DNA of 64,000 nucleotides, taken from assembly GCA_013001275.1 (NCBI GenBank), contig JABDMV010000058.1, positions 4,649 through 68,648 of the forward strand, read 5' to 3'. This document shows, piece after piece, positions 36,275-47,058 of the stretch. Source of the DNA: Flaviramulus sp. (GTDB lineage Bacteria > Bacteroidota > Bacteroidia > Flavobacteriales > Flavobacteriaceae). The position numbers and the translations under genes were made by a program. The stretch's first letter is position 1. Each line of letters starts with the position of its first letter. A model generated the notes under the pieces. It saw only the letters and a list, made by a program, of their open reading frames with translations. It did not search any database and was not told the origin of the DNA.

Positions 36275-36927
36275 TGATTGTCTTTTAAAATCTCAGGCAT
36301 TTTTTCTTTAAATCGGTTAAATCGAGGAATAGATACATTTCTGATATAAGGATTGTTAGGATGAAGTTTTTCATAATCTTGATGGTAGTCTTCAGCTACC
36401 CAAAACTTTTGAAACGGATATACTTCGGCGGCAATATTCACACCTAATTTTTCTGCTAAAGCCTCTTTCTTCTTTAAAATAATATCTTTTTGCTTATTAT
36501 TTTGATAAAAAATAATCGAACGGTATTGGGAACCTCTGTCATTTCCTTGGCCATTTATTTGTGTTACATTTTGCGAAGCAAAATAGACATCAACTAAAGT
36601 CTCAAAACTTACAATATTTGGGTTGTAAATAATTTCTACAGCTTCTGCATGTCCAGTTCTTCCTGTATTACTAGAGTCGTAAGTTGGGTTTTCAGTAAAT
36701 CCACCAGAATAGCCAGAAATAGATTCATCGACACCCTTAACACTCTCATAAATAGCTTCTACACACCAAAAGCAACCACTAGCAAAATATGCTCGTGCCT
36801 TTCCATTTATAATAGGAACTTCAATGGGTTTTGCGTTAATTATATTTTGTAGCTCTTCTTTGGTTTGAGCTTGATTCTTACAATTGAAAAGTAAGGCAAT
36901 TAATAAAAGTGGAATAATTTTTTTCAT
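36271..36927 (-). CDS. msrA: Peptide-methionine (S)-S-oxide reductase, secreted form
   Basis: Signal peptide, 'ASGCFWCVE' active site, 'GHAEAV'. Confidence 0.9.
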   Translation of the reverse strand: MKKIIPLLLIALLFNCKNQAQTKEELQNIINAKPIEVPIINGKARAYFASGCFWCVEAIYESVKGVDESISGYSGGFTENPTYDSSNTGRTGHAEAVEIIYNPNIVSFETLVDVYFASQNVTQINGQGNDRGSQYRSIIFYQNNKQKDIILKKKEALAEKLGVNIAAEVYPFQKFWVAEDYHQDYEKLHPNNPYIRNVSIPRFNRFKEKMPEILKDNH

Positions 36928-36996
36928 TTCATTTTCTTTGTAAACATAAGTCGTAATAATTAACTAAACCTTATTCAAAACAAGATAATATTTCAT

Positions 36997-37027
36997 AAAA
37001 AAAAAGCCTTCAGATGTCTGAAGGCTT
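36997..37027 (-). terminator. Rho-independent terminator after the COG1579 gene
   Basis: Minus strand reads aagccttcaga-ca-tctgaaggctt followed by T9. Confidence 0.8.
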
Positions 37028-37050
37028 ATTAAACTATAATTTTTAATGGA

Positions 37051-37830
37051 TTATATTTTTGCAAACATTTTTTCCATTTTTGTTTTTTGTTCTTCAGCTA
37101 AAGCTGCATCAACTAAAATTCTGCCACTGTGCTCATCTGTAATCACTTTTTTGCGAGAAGCAATTTCTACTTGTACTTGTGGTGGAATTGTAAAGAATGA
37201 TCCTCCAGCAGCACCTCTTTCAATTGGAACAACTGCTAAACCGTTTTTTACATTTTTTCTTATTCTGCTATAAGCCGCAACCAAACGCTCTTCAATTTGA
37301 GCTTTATATTCTTCAGACTTGGTAATTAACGCCTGCTCTTCTTTTTCAGTTTCAGCTAAAATTGCATCTAATTCACTTTTTTTGTGTTTTAAATGATTTT
37401 GACGCTCTTTTAAACGTTCTTTAGTTTCGGCAATAACTTCCTTTTTTTGCTCTATCTGAACTTTAAATTCTTTAATGTGCTTATCTGCTAGTTCCATTTC
37501 TAATTCCTGAAACTCAACTTCTTTAGTTAAAGAATTAAACTCTCTGTTATTTCTAACATTTTTTTGTTGCTCGCTATATTTTTTTATTAAAGCTTTAGAT
37601 TCTTCAATTAAATTCTTTTTTGAAGCGATATCGTTGTCTATAACCTCTAAATTAGAAACAAGTTTTTCTAATCTAATATTTAATCCAGCAACTTCATCTT
37701 CTAAATCACGAACTTCTAAAGGAAGTTCTCCACGAACATTTCTAATTTCATCTATACGAGAATCGATGAGTTGTAAATCGTAAAGCGCTCTTAATCGCTC
37801 TTCCACAGTTGCTTCTTTCTTTTTAGCCAT
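37051..37830 (-). CDS. COG1579-type coiled-coil protein whose C-terminal zinc-ribbon-like domain lacks the Cys ligands
   Basis: 259 aa, long heptad-rich region. C-terminal 'GAAGGSFFTIPPQ...ITDEHSGRILV' sits where family members carry CxxC...CxxCGRIL. Paired with Nif3 as in many bacteria. Confidence 0.65.
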   Translation of the reverse strand: MAKKKEATVEERLRALYDLQLIDSRIDEIRNVRGELPLEVRDLEDEVAGLNIRLEKLVSNLEVIDNDIASKKNLIEESKALIKKYSEQQKNVRNNREFNSLTKEVEFQELEMELADKHIKEFKVQIEQKKEVIAETKERLKERQNHLKHKKSELDAILAETEKEEQALITKSEEYKAQIEERLVAAYSRIRKNVKNGLAVVPIERGAAGGSFFTIPPQVQVEIASRKKVITDEHSGRILVDAALAEEQKTKMEKMFAKI

Positions 37831-37833
37831 ACT

Positions 37834-38928
37834 TTAAAAATACTTAACAGGATTGGTATTTGTCTTTGATAAAATGATTGCAAAATTAGTAATTTTTTTT
37901 GTAAGATATGCTACTAAAAGGTTTTTTGTGAATTGCTCACTTTCATAATGACCAATATCGGCTAATAAAATGTTGTTTTCGGCTGTAAAAAAGTCATGAT
38001 ATTTTAAGTCTGCGGTTATAAAAGCATCAGCACCAGCGGTTTTAGCAGCATTAATTGCAAAGCTACCTGAGCCACCTAAAACGGCAACTTTTTTAATATT
38101 TTTATTTAAAAATGAAGAATGCCTTATAGATTTTGCTTGCATTTTTGTTTTTAAATGAGTCAAGAAATCAGATTCGTTCATAGATTCTTCAAATATACCT
38201 ATTATACCCATTCCAATATTCTGATTTTTATTTTCTAAAGTAGTGATTTCATATGCTACTTCTTCATAAGAATGTGTTTTATGTAATGCATTAATTACTT
38301 CAGATTCTAAATGTTTCGCATAAGTAACCGTAATTTTTGTTTCTTCTTCATGCTGAAGCGTTCCTTTTTGCCCTTTTGTTGGATTTGAATTTTCATTTCC
38401 ATTAAATGTTCCAATACCTTGTACATTAAAACTACAGTTACTATAATTGCCTATACTTCCAGCTCCTGCAGAAAATAAGGCATTGCGTAAATGTTCTGCT
38501 TCCCTAATTGGTGCATATGTAGTTAGCTTTTTAATAGTTTCACTTTGAGGAATTAAAATACGTTTATTCTTTAATCCTAACTGATTACAGATCATATCAT
38601 TTACACCTTGTAAGGCGTTGTCTAATGCGGTGTGAACACTATAAATTGCAATGTCATGTTTAATAGCTTTCATTACAACACGCTCTACATAATTTTGACC
38701 AGTAATTTTTTTTAAACCTTTAAAAATTATGGGGTGAAAGCTTACAATTAAATTGCATTTTTCTTTAATGGCTTCGTCTACAACGGACTCAAGAGTATCT
38801 AGTGTTACCAATATACCCGTAACGCTAATGTTATTATTTCCAACTAATAATCCAACATTGTCAAAATCTTCAGCATAAGCTAAAGGTGCTAGTTCTTCTA
38901 AGTGATTTATGACGTCTTGAACAATCAT
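37834..38928 (-). CDS. Nif3-like dinuclear metal centre protein
   Basis: 364 aa. 'DNVGLLVG', 'SFHPIIF', 'HTALD', C-terminal 'GHYESE'. Confidence 0.85.
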   Translation of the reverse strand: MIVQDVINHLEELAPLAYAEDFDNVGLLVGNNNISVTGILVTLDTLESVVDEAIKEKCNLIVSFHPIIFKGLKKITGQNYVERVVMKAIKHDIAIYSVHTALDNALQGVNDMICNQLGLKNKRILIPQSETIKKLTTYAPIREAEHLRNALFSAGAGSIGNYSNCSFNVQGIGTFNGNENSNPTKGQKGTLQHEEETKITVTYAKHLESEVINALHKTHSYEEVAYEITTLENKNQNIGMGIIGIFEESMNESDFLTHLKTKMQAKSIRHSSFLNKNIKKVAVLGGSGSFAINAAKTAGADAFITADLKYHDFFTAENNILLADIGHYESEQFTKNLLVAYLTKKITNFAIILSKTNTNPVKYF

Positions 38929-38981
38929 ATTATTTTTATGTATAGGTTTAAAACAAATATAAATATTATATTTTCGTTGTG

Positions 38982-39980
38982 ATGAAATTATTGAGATACA
39001 TATTGTTTCCGGTGGTGCCGGTTTATTTTAGTGTAACATGGCTCCGCAATAAATTGTACGATTTGGGTATTAAGGAATCAACTGATTATAATTTCCCATT
39101 AATATGTGTTGGTAATTTAAGTGTAGGCGGTACGGGTAAAAGTCCTATGGTTGAATATTTAATTAATTTGTTAAAAAGTAATTATAATATTGCTACACTA
39201 AGTCGGGGTTATAAAAGAAATACAAAAGGGTTTCAATTAGCAAATACAAAATCTAATGCTAAATCTATTGGTGACGAACCTTTTCAATTTTACAGTAAAT
39301 TTAAAAACGAAATTTTAGTTGCTGTTGATTCCAATAGAAGAAACGGAATAGAAAAACTAAAAGCTCAGAATACAGAAATTATTTTACTTGATGATGCTTT
39401 TCAACATAGAAAGGTAAAGGCAGGGTTAAATATATTATTAACCACATTTGATAACCCATATTATAATGATATTGTATTACCTACCGGGAATTTAAGAGAA
39501 CCAAAAAGTGGCGCAAAAAGGGCAAATATAATTGTAGTTACAAAGTGTCCGGATAATTTAAACTCTGGAGTCAAAGAGTCCATTATAAAGAAAATTAAAC
39601 CTGAAAGTTATCAGCATGTATTTTTTAGCTCTATAGCTTATAATAATAACATAGTAGCATTAAATTCTACAAAAAACATTATAGGTTTAGAAAAATTTAC
39701 TTTAGTAACTGGAATTGCAAACGCTACCAATTTAGTGAATTTTTTAAAGGATAAAGGATTGAATTTTGAACATTTAAACTTCAAAGATCATCATGATTTT
39801 ACACCAAAAGATATTGATTTACTTAATAGAAAAGAACTTATAGTTACTACTGAAAAAGATTTTGTACGATTAAAAGAGTATAAATCTTTGCAGGATAAGC
39901 TATATTATTTACCAATAAAAGTAACACTTAATAATGAAATTAAGTTTAATGATATTGTTAGTGATTATTTAAATAATTAG
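38982..39980 (+). CDS. lpxK: Tetraacyldisaccharide 4'-kinase
   Basis: 'VGNLSVGGTGKSP' P-loop, 'SRGYKR', 'LDDAFQHR'. Confidence 0.9.
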   Translation: MKLLRYILFPVVPVYFSVTWLRNKLYDLGIKESTDYNFPLICVGNLSVGGTGKSPMVEYLINLLKSNYNIATLSRGYKRNTKGFQLANTKSNAKSIGDEPFQFYSKFKNEILVAVDSNRRNGIEKLKAQNTEIILLDDAFQHRKVKAGLNILLTTFDNPYYNDIVLPTGNLREPKSGAKRANIIVVTKCPDNLNSGVKESIIKKIKPESYQHVFFSSIAYNNNIVALNSTKNIIGLEKFTLVTGIANATNLVNFLKDKGLNFEHLNFKDHHDFTPKDIDLLNRKELIVTTEKDFVRLKEYKSLQDKLYYLPIKVTLNNEIKFNDIVSDYLNN

Positions 39981-42214
39981 GCAGTTGCAGACCTGTCATT
40001 ACTACTGGCCAATGCGTTGTAAAGTTTTTTCTCAAACTCTTCTTGTTTAAAAGGTTTTGGAATAATGTCTGTAAATCCAGCTTCTTCAAATTCATGCATT
40101 TTATCTTCTATTGTAACAGCTGTAAGTGCAAAAATAGTAAGTTCTTTATCAAAACTTCTAATAAGTTTTGTGGCTTCAATACCGCTAATTCCCGGCATAT
40201 GTATGTCCATTAATACGATATCAAATTTATTGTTTTTAACCATATCCACCGCAGCTTCACCATTATCAACAATATCGCAATGAAGATTCATTTTAGTTAA
40301 AATTTTCTTAGTTATCATCTGGTTTATTTTATTGTCTTCAACAACCAAAATTTTAACATTTGTTAAATCAATATCACTCTTGTTACCTTCAAAATAAGTA
40401 AGCTTTTTTACTTTTTCTTTTTGGACAGAAGTATATTCTAGAGGAATTTCAAAATAAAAAGTGGTTCCTTTTTCTAATTCACTTTTCACATATATTTTAC
40501 CCTTTAAAATATCAATTAATCCTTTTACTATTGATAATCCTAAACCTGTACCGCCGTATTTACGGTTAATTTGTATTGAGCCTTGAGAAAAGCTCTCGAA
40601 CATATGATCTTGTTTTTCTTGACTAATACCAATTCCGTTATCTTCTACTTCAAATCGTAATGTATATACTTTATCTTTTTCTTGAATTTTATATACACGA
40701 ATCCAAATATCTCCATCTTTTGTAAATTTAATTGAGTTACCAATTAGGTTAATAAGGATTTGAGAAATTTTTAATTGATCGGCCATATAATTTTCTGGCA
40801 AATCTTTGTCGTATTCAAAATGTATTTTAATATTATTATCATTAGCTGAGTTATTTAAAGCTAAAATAATATTATTGATTTTCTTTTTTAAGTTGAAGGA
40901 TTCTGGTTCAATATCTACTTTATTGGCTTCAATTTTATTAATTTGAAGAATATCATTTATAAAAGTTAAGAGATAATCGCCCGAAAATTTCAATGATTTT
41001 AAATGCTGAATTTGTTCTGGTTTAGGGTTCTCGTCAAGCAACATATTACTTAAGCCAGTTACTGCATATAATGGAGTTCTTAACTCGTGAGTAACAGTCG
41101 ATAAAAAGTTAGCTTTTGTTTTTGATGCTAATTCAGCCTTTTCTTTAGCTATTATTAGTTCTGAATTTTTTTTATGAAGCATATTATTTGTCTTCAACCT
41201 TATGTTGTTATTTTTATATAACGACAGTGTTAAAAGCGATAATATGGTAATTAAGGCAACACTCAATATAGATATTAACGTACCTAAATTATTGTCAGAT
41301 TCAGATTGTTTTAGTTTTTCAGAAACTTCTTCTAATTCTTGATTAATATCCGCTATTTTGCTCTGAGTTTCTTGTTCTTTTGGTGCATTGAGTCTAGTTA
41401 AACTTCTTATAGAGTCCGAAAGTTTTAAATGTTTATTTAAATAATTTCTAGATTCTTTAAAGTTTTCAGCATCTTTATATAAATCACTCAATACTAAATA
41501 GCCTTCATTTAGGATATTTGTAAATTTATTTTCTTTCGCTATTTCGAGACCTTCATTGGCATAAACTAATGCTTTTTCATTATCGCCTAATTTATTTTGT
41601 ATAATTCCTTGATTTATAAAAGCTTCACTTTGAGTTTTTAATAAATCAATTTTTTTTGCTTGAGCTAAAGATTGTTCGATAATGGCCCTCGCACGACGAT
41701 AGTTATTAAGGAGCATATAAGTTTTGCCTTCACTTAAAAGTGTTTCAGCCAATTCTTTATTTAATCCTTCTTCTTCAAACTTAGATTTGGCAGCAGTATA
41801 AGAATCAAGTGCTTGGTAATAATCTTTTTTGGCAAAATAAACATCACCGAATATTTTATAGGACTTGCCTAAATTAGCATTATCGTTTATAATTCTTTGA
41901 ACTTCAATAGCTTTGCTAAGTGATTTAATTGCTTTTTCTTCTTCACCAACTGTTAGCTGCAACCTTCCTTTTACTGCATAAATTAAACCAATACTTGTTT
42001 TATTATCTGCCTTATCAGCTAATTGTAATGCCTCATCAAGATTTTTTTGAGCCTTATAATAATTGTAATTATCTAAATGTATTTGCGCTTGTTCAATGCG
42101 ATAGCTAATGTTATTTTGTATTAATTCTGGGTCGTTCTCAATCGATTTTTGAGAAAACACAGTAATACTAAATAGCATTATTATAATATATATGTAGTTT
42201 TTTATGTGGGGCAT
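39977..42214 (-). CDS. Hybrid sensor histidine kinase/response regulator with N-terminal TPR repeats (paralogue of 24115-26397)
   Basis: Same architecture as 24115-26397. H-box 'THELRTPL', 'LKSLKFSGDYLL', 'GTGLGLSI', receiver 'ILVVEDNKINQ...LMDIHMPGISG'. Confidence 0.9.
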   Translation of the reverse strand: MPHIKNYIYIIIMLFSITVFSQKSIENDPELIQNNISYRIEQAQIHLDNYNYYKAQKNLDEALQLADKADNKTSIGLIYAVKGRLQLTVGEEEKAIKSLSKAIEVQRIINDNANLGKSYKIFGDVYFAKKDYYQALDSYTAAKSKFEEEGLNKELAETLLSEGKTYMLLNNYRRARAIIEQSLAQAKKIDLLKTQSEAFINQGIIQNKLGDNEKALVYANEGLEIAKENKFTNILNEGYLVLSDLYKDAENFKESRNYLNKHLKLSDSIRSLTRLNAPKEQETQSKIADINQELEEVSEKLKQSESDNNLGTLISILSVALITILSLLTLSLYKNNNIRLKTNNMLHKKNSELIIAKEKAELASKTKANFLSTVTHELRTPLYAVTGLSNMLLDENPKPEQIQHLKSLKFSGDYLLTFINDILQINKIEANKVDIEPESFNLKKKINNIILALNNSANDNNIKIHFEYDKDLPENYMADQLKISQILINLIGNSIKFTKDGDIWIRVYKIQEKDKVYTLRFEVEDNGIGISQEKQDHMFESFSQGSIQINRKYGGTGLGLSIVKGLIDILKGKIYVKSELEKGTTFYFEIPLEYTSVQKEKVKKLTYFEGNKSDIDLTNVKILVVEDNKINQMITKKILTKMNLHCDIVDNGEAAVDMVKNNKFDIVLMDIHMPGISGIEATKLIRSFDKELTIFALTAVTIEDKMHEFEEAGFTDIIPKPFKQEEFEKKLYNALASSNDRSATA

Positions 42215-42241
42215 TTTAATCTATATTATCGACAAATATAA

Positions 42242-43258
42242 TTATTTTATCGACAAAACGCATTTTTTTTCCGATAAATTACACAATAAATCAATTATTC
42301 TTTGAGAATAGCCGGTTTCATTATCATACCATCCTATTATTTTTACCATATTTCCTATAACGGAAGTCATTTGCGAATCAAATATACAAGAATGTTTGTT
42401 TCCTACAATATCTATTGATACTATAGGATCTTCGGTATATTCTAAAATTCCTCGATATTGTTCTATTGATGCTTTTTTAAACGCATTATTTATTTCATCG
42501 ATTGAAACTGTTTTCTTTACATTAAAAGTTATATCTGTTAAAGACCCGTTTATAACGGGCACTCTTATGCCACAACCGCCAATTACATCTGATAGTTCGG
42601 GGAATATTTTGGTTAGGGCTTTGGCAGCTCCAGTTGTTGTTGGTACTATGGATTGACTAGCCGCTCTAGATCTTCTTAAATCACGATGAGGTTGATCGTG
42701 TAAACTTTGGTCTGATGTGTAAGAATGAACGGTAGTAATATATGCCTGGTTAATGCCGCATAATTTATTGATAATATCAATCATGGGAGCCGCATTATTT
42801 GTGGTACAAGATGCGTTCGAAATTATAGTTTCATTTCCATCAATAGTGTCACTATTAACTCCGATTACAATGGTTTTTATATCATCTTCAATTGGTGGGA
42901 CACTTAAAATAACCTGTTTTGCACCATTTTTTATATGATGCTGTAATTCTATTGTGCTTTTAAATTTACCCGAAGATTCTATTACAAAATCGACATTATA
43001 AGGTTTCCAATTAATTTCATTGGGATGATTGCTTTTTAGAAGTGGTACTTTATTGTTGTTTACAATAATGTGATTAATATCAAAAGAAATGTTTCCATTA
43101 AATATTCCATGTATACTATCGTACTTTAACAAATGACTTAATGTTTTTGTATCGGATAAATCATTTATAGCGACTACTTTTATGTTTTTATGGTCTTGAA
43201 GCAATCTAAAAACACGTCTGCCTATTCTACCGAAACCATTTATAGCAACAGTAATCAT
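42242..43258 (-). CDS. gap: Type I glyceraldehyde-3-phosphate dehydrogenase
   Basis: 'INGFGRIGR' and 'SNASCTTN' active site. Confidence 0.9.
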   Translation of the reverse strand: MITVAINGFGRIGRRVFRLLQDHKNIKVVAINDLSDTKTLSHLLKYDSIHGIFNGNISFDINHIIVNNNKVPLLKSNHPNEINWKPYNVDFVIESSGKFKSTIELQHHIKNGAKQVILSVPPIEDDIKTIVIGVNSDTIDGNETIISNASCTTNNAAPMIDIINKLCGINQAYITTVHSYTSDQSLHDQPHRDLRRSRAASQSIVPTTTGAAKALTKIFPELSDVIGGCGIRVPVINGSLTDITFNVKKTVSIDEINNAFKKASIEQYRGILEYTEDPIVSIDIVGNKHSCIFDSQMTSVIGNMVKIIGWYDNETGYSQRIIDLLCNLSEKKCVLSIK

Positions 43259-43261
43259 TTA

Positions 43262-44140
43262 TTAATTAATATGTTTTTGTGCCTTATAAGAAGATCGTAC
43301 CAAGGCACTACTTTCTACATGTCGAAAACCTAATTCTAAACCAATTTGTTCATATTCTTTAAATTGGTCTGGATTTATAAATTGTTTAACGGGTAGGTGC
43401 TTTTTACTTGGTTGTAAGTATTGACCAATAGTAACCACATCAACATCATTCGCTTTTAAATCATGAAGTGTTTCAATTACTTCATCACGAGTTTCACCTA
43501 ATCCAAGCATAATTCCAGATTTTGTTCTGCGCTGTCCTTGCTGTTTTAAATATTTCAAAACGCCTAAGCTTCTATCATATTGTGCTTGAATTCTAACCTC
43601 TCTCGTTAAACGACGAACCGTTTCAATGTTGTGTGACACAACTTCCGGAGCAACTTCTATAATTCTATCTATATGCTGTTCTATCCCTTGAAAATCAGGA
43701 ATAAGAGTTTCTAGGGTAGTTTCAGGATTCATTCGTCTTACCGATTTTACAGTTTCGGACCACATGATGCTTCCCATATCTTTTAAATCATCTCTGTCAA
43801 CACTTGTTAAAACAGCATGTTTTATTTTCATGATTTTGATTGAACGAGCAACTTTTTCTGGTTCGTCCCAATCAACGGTTTCAGGTCTACCAGTTTTTAC
43901 CCCACAAAATCCACATGATCGTGTACAAATATTACCTAATATCATAAAAGTTGCTGTGCCTTCTCCCCAACATTCACCCATATTCGGACAACTACCTGAA
44001 GTACAAATGGTATTAAGTTTATATTTATCAACTAAACCTCTTAATTCTGTGTATTTTTTACCTGTTGGTAACTTAACACGAAGCCATTTTGGTTTGGGTT
44101 GGCGTTCGGGCAAAATATTTGAAGCAGTTTCGGAATTCAT
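43262..44140 (-). CDS. lipA: Lipoyl synthase
   Basis: 'CTRSCGFC' radical-SAM motif and N-terminal '[12 protein letters not shown]'. Confidence 0.95.
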   Translation of the reverse strand: MNSETASNILPERQPKPKWLRVKLPTGKKYTELRGLVDKYKLNTICTSGSCPNMGECWGEGTATFMILGNICTRSCGFCGVKTGRPETVDWDEPEKVARSIKIMKIKHAVLTSVDRDDLKDMGSIMWSETVKSVRRMNPETTLETLIPDFQGIEQHIDRIIEVAPEVVSHNIETVRRLTREVRIQAQYDRSLGVLKYLKQQGQRRTKSGIMLGLGETRDEVIETLHDLKANDVDVVTIGQYLQPSKKHLPVKQFINPDQFKEYEQIGLELGFRHVESSALVRSSYKAQKHIN

Positions 44141-44188
44141 ATCATTTTAATAAAGGCAGTAAAGATACAAAGTATTCTTTTAAATAAG

Positions 44189-45403
44189 TTATAACGTGGT
44201 AAGATACCAAACGCTAAAACCTGTTAAAAATGCGATTCCAAGCCAACTTAAAATATGCATTTGTGTGGATGGTCTCCATTCTTTAGGAGTATTTTCGCTG
44301 GAAATTAATTTATAGCTAATAAGGGCATAAAAAGGTGCGGTAACGAATGAAAGTATAGTTGCGATTTTTATTAATAAACCCATTTCCGATGCAAAAAAGA
44401 AAAATATAAAAATGGTTCCCGCAACTAATAAGCTTATCCAAAAAACGTAGTTTAATTTGGATGTTTTTTTGAATAACAATTGAGACGCCTTTGCCATAGC
44501 TCTTGGAGAAGCATCCAAAGTGGTTAATGTGGTGCTAAACATGGTTGTAAATGCCGCAATTCCGATAATTAGGTACGCCCAATTGCCTAAACTGCTAGTG
44601 TACATATTTATTAGCTGCCCGGAAAATACCCCTGCCGAATTACTAAAAGTTTCGCCACTATTATACATTACTAGTGTTCCTAATAAAACAAAGCCAATTC
44701 CTAAAATGATGGTACTAACATACCCGATATTAAAATCAAATAGGGCAGATTTCGTATTGTACTTATTTGTGTCTTTGTTTTTCTCAATCGCCCATAATGA
44801 TTGCCATACTGCTATATCAAGAGGTGCTGGCATCCAACCCATAAATGCAATTAAAAAGGCAATTTCAATAGGGTTTGCCGGTAATACTTGGGAAAAGGAC
44901 AGCGTTGTTGTATTGTTAAATAATGCAATACCTACTGCTACTATCGTACTTATGGACAATACGATAATAATGAGCTTCATCAATTTATCCAATAATCTAA
45001 ACTTGCCTATTATTAATAAGCCTACGCAGATTAAAAGAATAATTATAGTCCAAATTTTTATACTTATAAAACCTCCAAAAAGAGCTGAGGCGATGCCAGC
45101 TGTTACGATGGTTACTGCCGTTTGAATAGTAAACATGGTAGCCAAACTCAAAATAAAATAGGTGATTAATATACCTTTCCCAAGTTTTTTATATCCATCT
45201 AACAAACTTTCGCCAGTAGCAGTAGCATAACGTGGGCCATATTGAAAAAACGGATATTTAAATAAGTGAATTAAAAATAATGCCCAAAGTAAACCTAAAC
45301 CAAAATCGGCACCAGCGCGAGTTGATTGCACCAAATGAGATACGCCAATAGCTGCACCCGCAAATAATAATCCTGGACCTAAATTTTTGAGTTTAGCAAA
45401 CAT
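44189..45403 (-). CDS. NRAMP family divalent metal transporter
   Basis: 404-aa polytopic protein. 'GPGLLFAGAAIGVSHL' N-terminal motif. Confidence 0.8.
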   Translation of the reverse strand: MFAKLKNLGPGLLFAGAAIGVSHLVQSTRAGADFGLGLLWALFLIHLFKYPFFQYGPRYATATGESLLDGYKKLGKGILITYFILSLATMFTIQTAVTIVTAGIASALFGGFISIKIWTIIILLICVGLLIIGKFRLLDKLMKLIIIVLSISTIVAVGIALFNNTTTLSFSQVLPANPIEIAFLIAFMGWMPAPLDIAVWQSLWAIEKNKDTNKYNTKSALFDFNIGYVSTIILGIGFVLLGTLVMYNSGETFSNSAGVFSGQLINMYTSSLGNWAYLIIGIAAFTTMFSTTLTTLDASPRAMAKASQLLFKKTSKLNYVFWISLLVAGTIFIFFFFASEMGLLIKIATILSFVTAPFYALISYKLISSENTPKEWRPSTQMHILSWLGIAFLTGFSVWYLTTL

Positions 45404-45949
45404 TTATTTTTCTCTAATAATTTCGGCAAGTAATTTTTTAGCACGTAGCAACTTTACCTTAACATTATTGATAGGCTCTTTAATCTCAATCGCAATTTCT
45501 TTGTAACTCAACTCTTGAAAATAACGTAAATTAATAATTTCTTGGTAATGAGGTTTTAACTTTTTTATGTCACGAAGTAATTTGGCTAAATGTTGTTCTG
45601 TAATTAGTTCATCTTCGGCTGAGGGAGATTCGTCTAAAACTTGAAAAATATCGCGTTCATTTTTCGAGATAACTTGCAAAATAGAGTTTTTCTCTTTTCT
45701 TAATAAATCAATATGAATATTCTTAGATATGGTAATTAACCAAGTTTTAAACTTATAATTATCGTCAAAAGTTTCAATTTTATCAAAAGCTTTAGAGAAG
45801 GTTTGGATAGAAATATCTTCTGCATCATTTTCGTTCTGAGTTCGTTTTAATTGAAATCCATAGACGTCATCCCAGAAGGTGTCTAATAAATAATTAAAAG
45901 CCTTTTGATCGTTTAATTTAGCACGTTTAATTGCTTCCTCTATTTCCAA
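45404..45949 (-). CDS. ECF-type RNA polymerase sigma-70 factor
   Basis: 181 aa. Region 2 'AEDISIQTFSKAF' and region 4 'LSYKEIAIEIKEPINNVKVKLLRA'. Confidence 0.85.
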   Translation of the reverse strand: MEIEEAIKRAKLNDQKAFNYLLDTFWDDVYGFQLKRTQNENDAEDISIQTFSKAFDKIETFDDNYKFKTWLITISKNIHIDLLRKEKNSILQVISKNERDIFQVLDESPSAEDELITEQHLAKLLRDIKKLKPHYQEIINLRYFQELSYKEIAIEIKEPINNVKVKLLRAKKLLAEIIREK

Positions 45950-47052
45950 TGATTTGGTTTTGAAATAAGATTATTTATAAAGATAGTTAATTGAGCAGAA
46001 ATTAAAAAGATTTCTAAAACTGGGAGAATTATAATCAAGTCTGATTCTCCTAATTTTTTTGAAGAGATACCAAACATAACATATTGTAAAATTATCCGAA
46101 CCAACAATAAACTACAAACCAATTGCCATTTAAATAAAAATATGAGAAGTACAAAACCTAAAACCCAAAATAAAAATTGGGTTATATAAATTAAAGTCAA
46201 TAACATTTTATGATTCAATTTATAATATTTAGCAGTTGAAACATGTCGTCTTTTCTGCTTAAACCAGTCTTCGAAGGTTGTTTTTGGTGAAGATTGGGTG
46301 AAACTATTTTTTGAAAAACAAATAGATGTATTCTTTTTGTTGGCTACCTGATTTATAAACAAATCATCATCACCCGATCTAACTTTTATGTGACTTATAA
46401 ATCCATTGGCATTAAAAAATTCTTTCTTAGCGTAAGCTAAGTTTCGTCCAACACCCATATAGGGCATGCCTACTGCCGCGAATGAAAAATAATGAACGGC
46501 GGTAACTAAAGTTTCAAAACGAATCAGTTTGTTCAAAAATGATTTTTTAATCTTCGAATAGCCACCATATCCTAAAACAATTGAATTTTCGTTATTAAAA
46601 TGAGAACTCATTTCTTTTATCCAATATTTAGATAACGGTTTGCAATCGGCATCAGTAAACAACAAGTATTTATTGGTAGCTGCTTTAATACCCAATGTTA
46701 AGGCATATTTTTTGTTGCCCCAAAATGCTTCAATACTTTTTACATCTACAATTTTTATCTGTTTATTTAGAGAGGCAAACTCTTGCATTATTTTTAATGA
46801 ATTATCCTGTGAAGCATCATTAATTAAAACAATTTCAAAGTCAGGATATTCTTGATCTATAATTAATGGTAGATTTTTTTTTAGATTATTTGCTTCATTT
46901 TTAGCACATATAATTACCGAAATGGGTAAATTATATGAGGATTTTTTTTGGTATTTTTGAAAAGCAAACTTGCTAAAGAAAAATATGTAAAAAATAACTT
47001 GAATAAAAACTACACCAACAAATGTGTAGAAAATAAAACCAAGAACCCCCAT
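45940..47052 (-). CDS. Family 2 glycosyltransferase (membrane-anchored)
   Basis: 'ISVIICAKNE', 'VLINDASQD', 'LLFTDADC', plus C-terminal TM helices. Confidence 0.85.
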   Translation of the reverse strand: MGVLGFIFYTFVGVVFIQVIFYIFFFSKFAFQKYQKKSSYNLPISVIICAKNEANNLKKNLPLIIDQEYPDFEIVLINDASQDNSLKIMQEFASLNKQIKIVDVKSIEAFWGNKKYALTLGIKAATNKYLLFTDADCKPLSKYWIKEMSSHFNNENSIVLGYGGYSKIKKSFLNKLIRFETLVTAVHYFSFAAVGMPYMGVGRNLAYAKKEFFNANGFISHIKVRSGDDDLFINQVANKKNTSICFSKNSFTQSSPKTTFEDWFKQKRRHVSTAKYYKLNHKMLLTLIYITQFLFWVLGFVLLIFLFKWQLVCSLLLVRIILQYVMFGISSKKLGESDLIIILPVLEIFLISAQLTIFINNLISKPNHWK

Positions 47053-47058
47053 AAATTA

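Noticed and set aside
24115-42214. Whether the two similar TPR hybrid kinase genes mark the ends of a mobile or duplicated segment.
   Set aside because: They are on opposite strands and are similar only at the protein level. The 13.5 kb between them is housekeeping and catabolic genes with no mobility functions.
44520-45125. Long antisense ORFs opposite well-supported genes: 201 aa opposite NRAMP, plus 43764-44150 opposite lipA, 59353-59751 opposite ftsH, 52460-52867 opposite the DUF1573 gene, 7565-7879 opposite nqrE, 30746-31081 opposite the ALDH gene, and 42396-42656 opposite gap.
   Set aside because: The partner strand carries unmistakable conserved motifs in every case. The antisense translations are low-complexity (Ile/Ser/Phe/Leu-rich) shadow frames.
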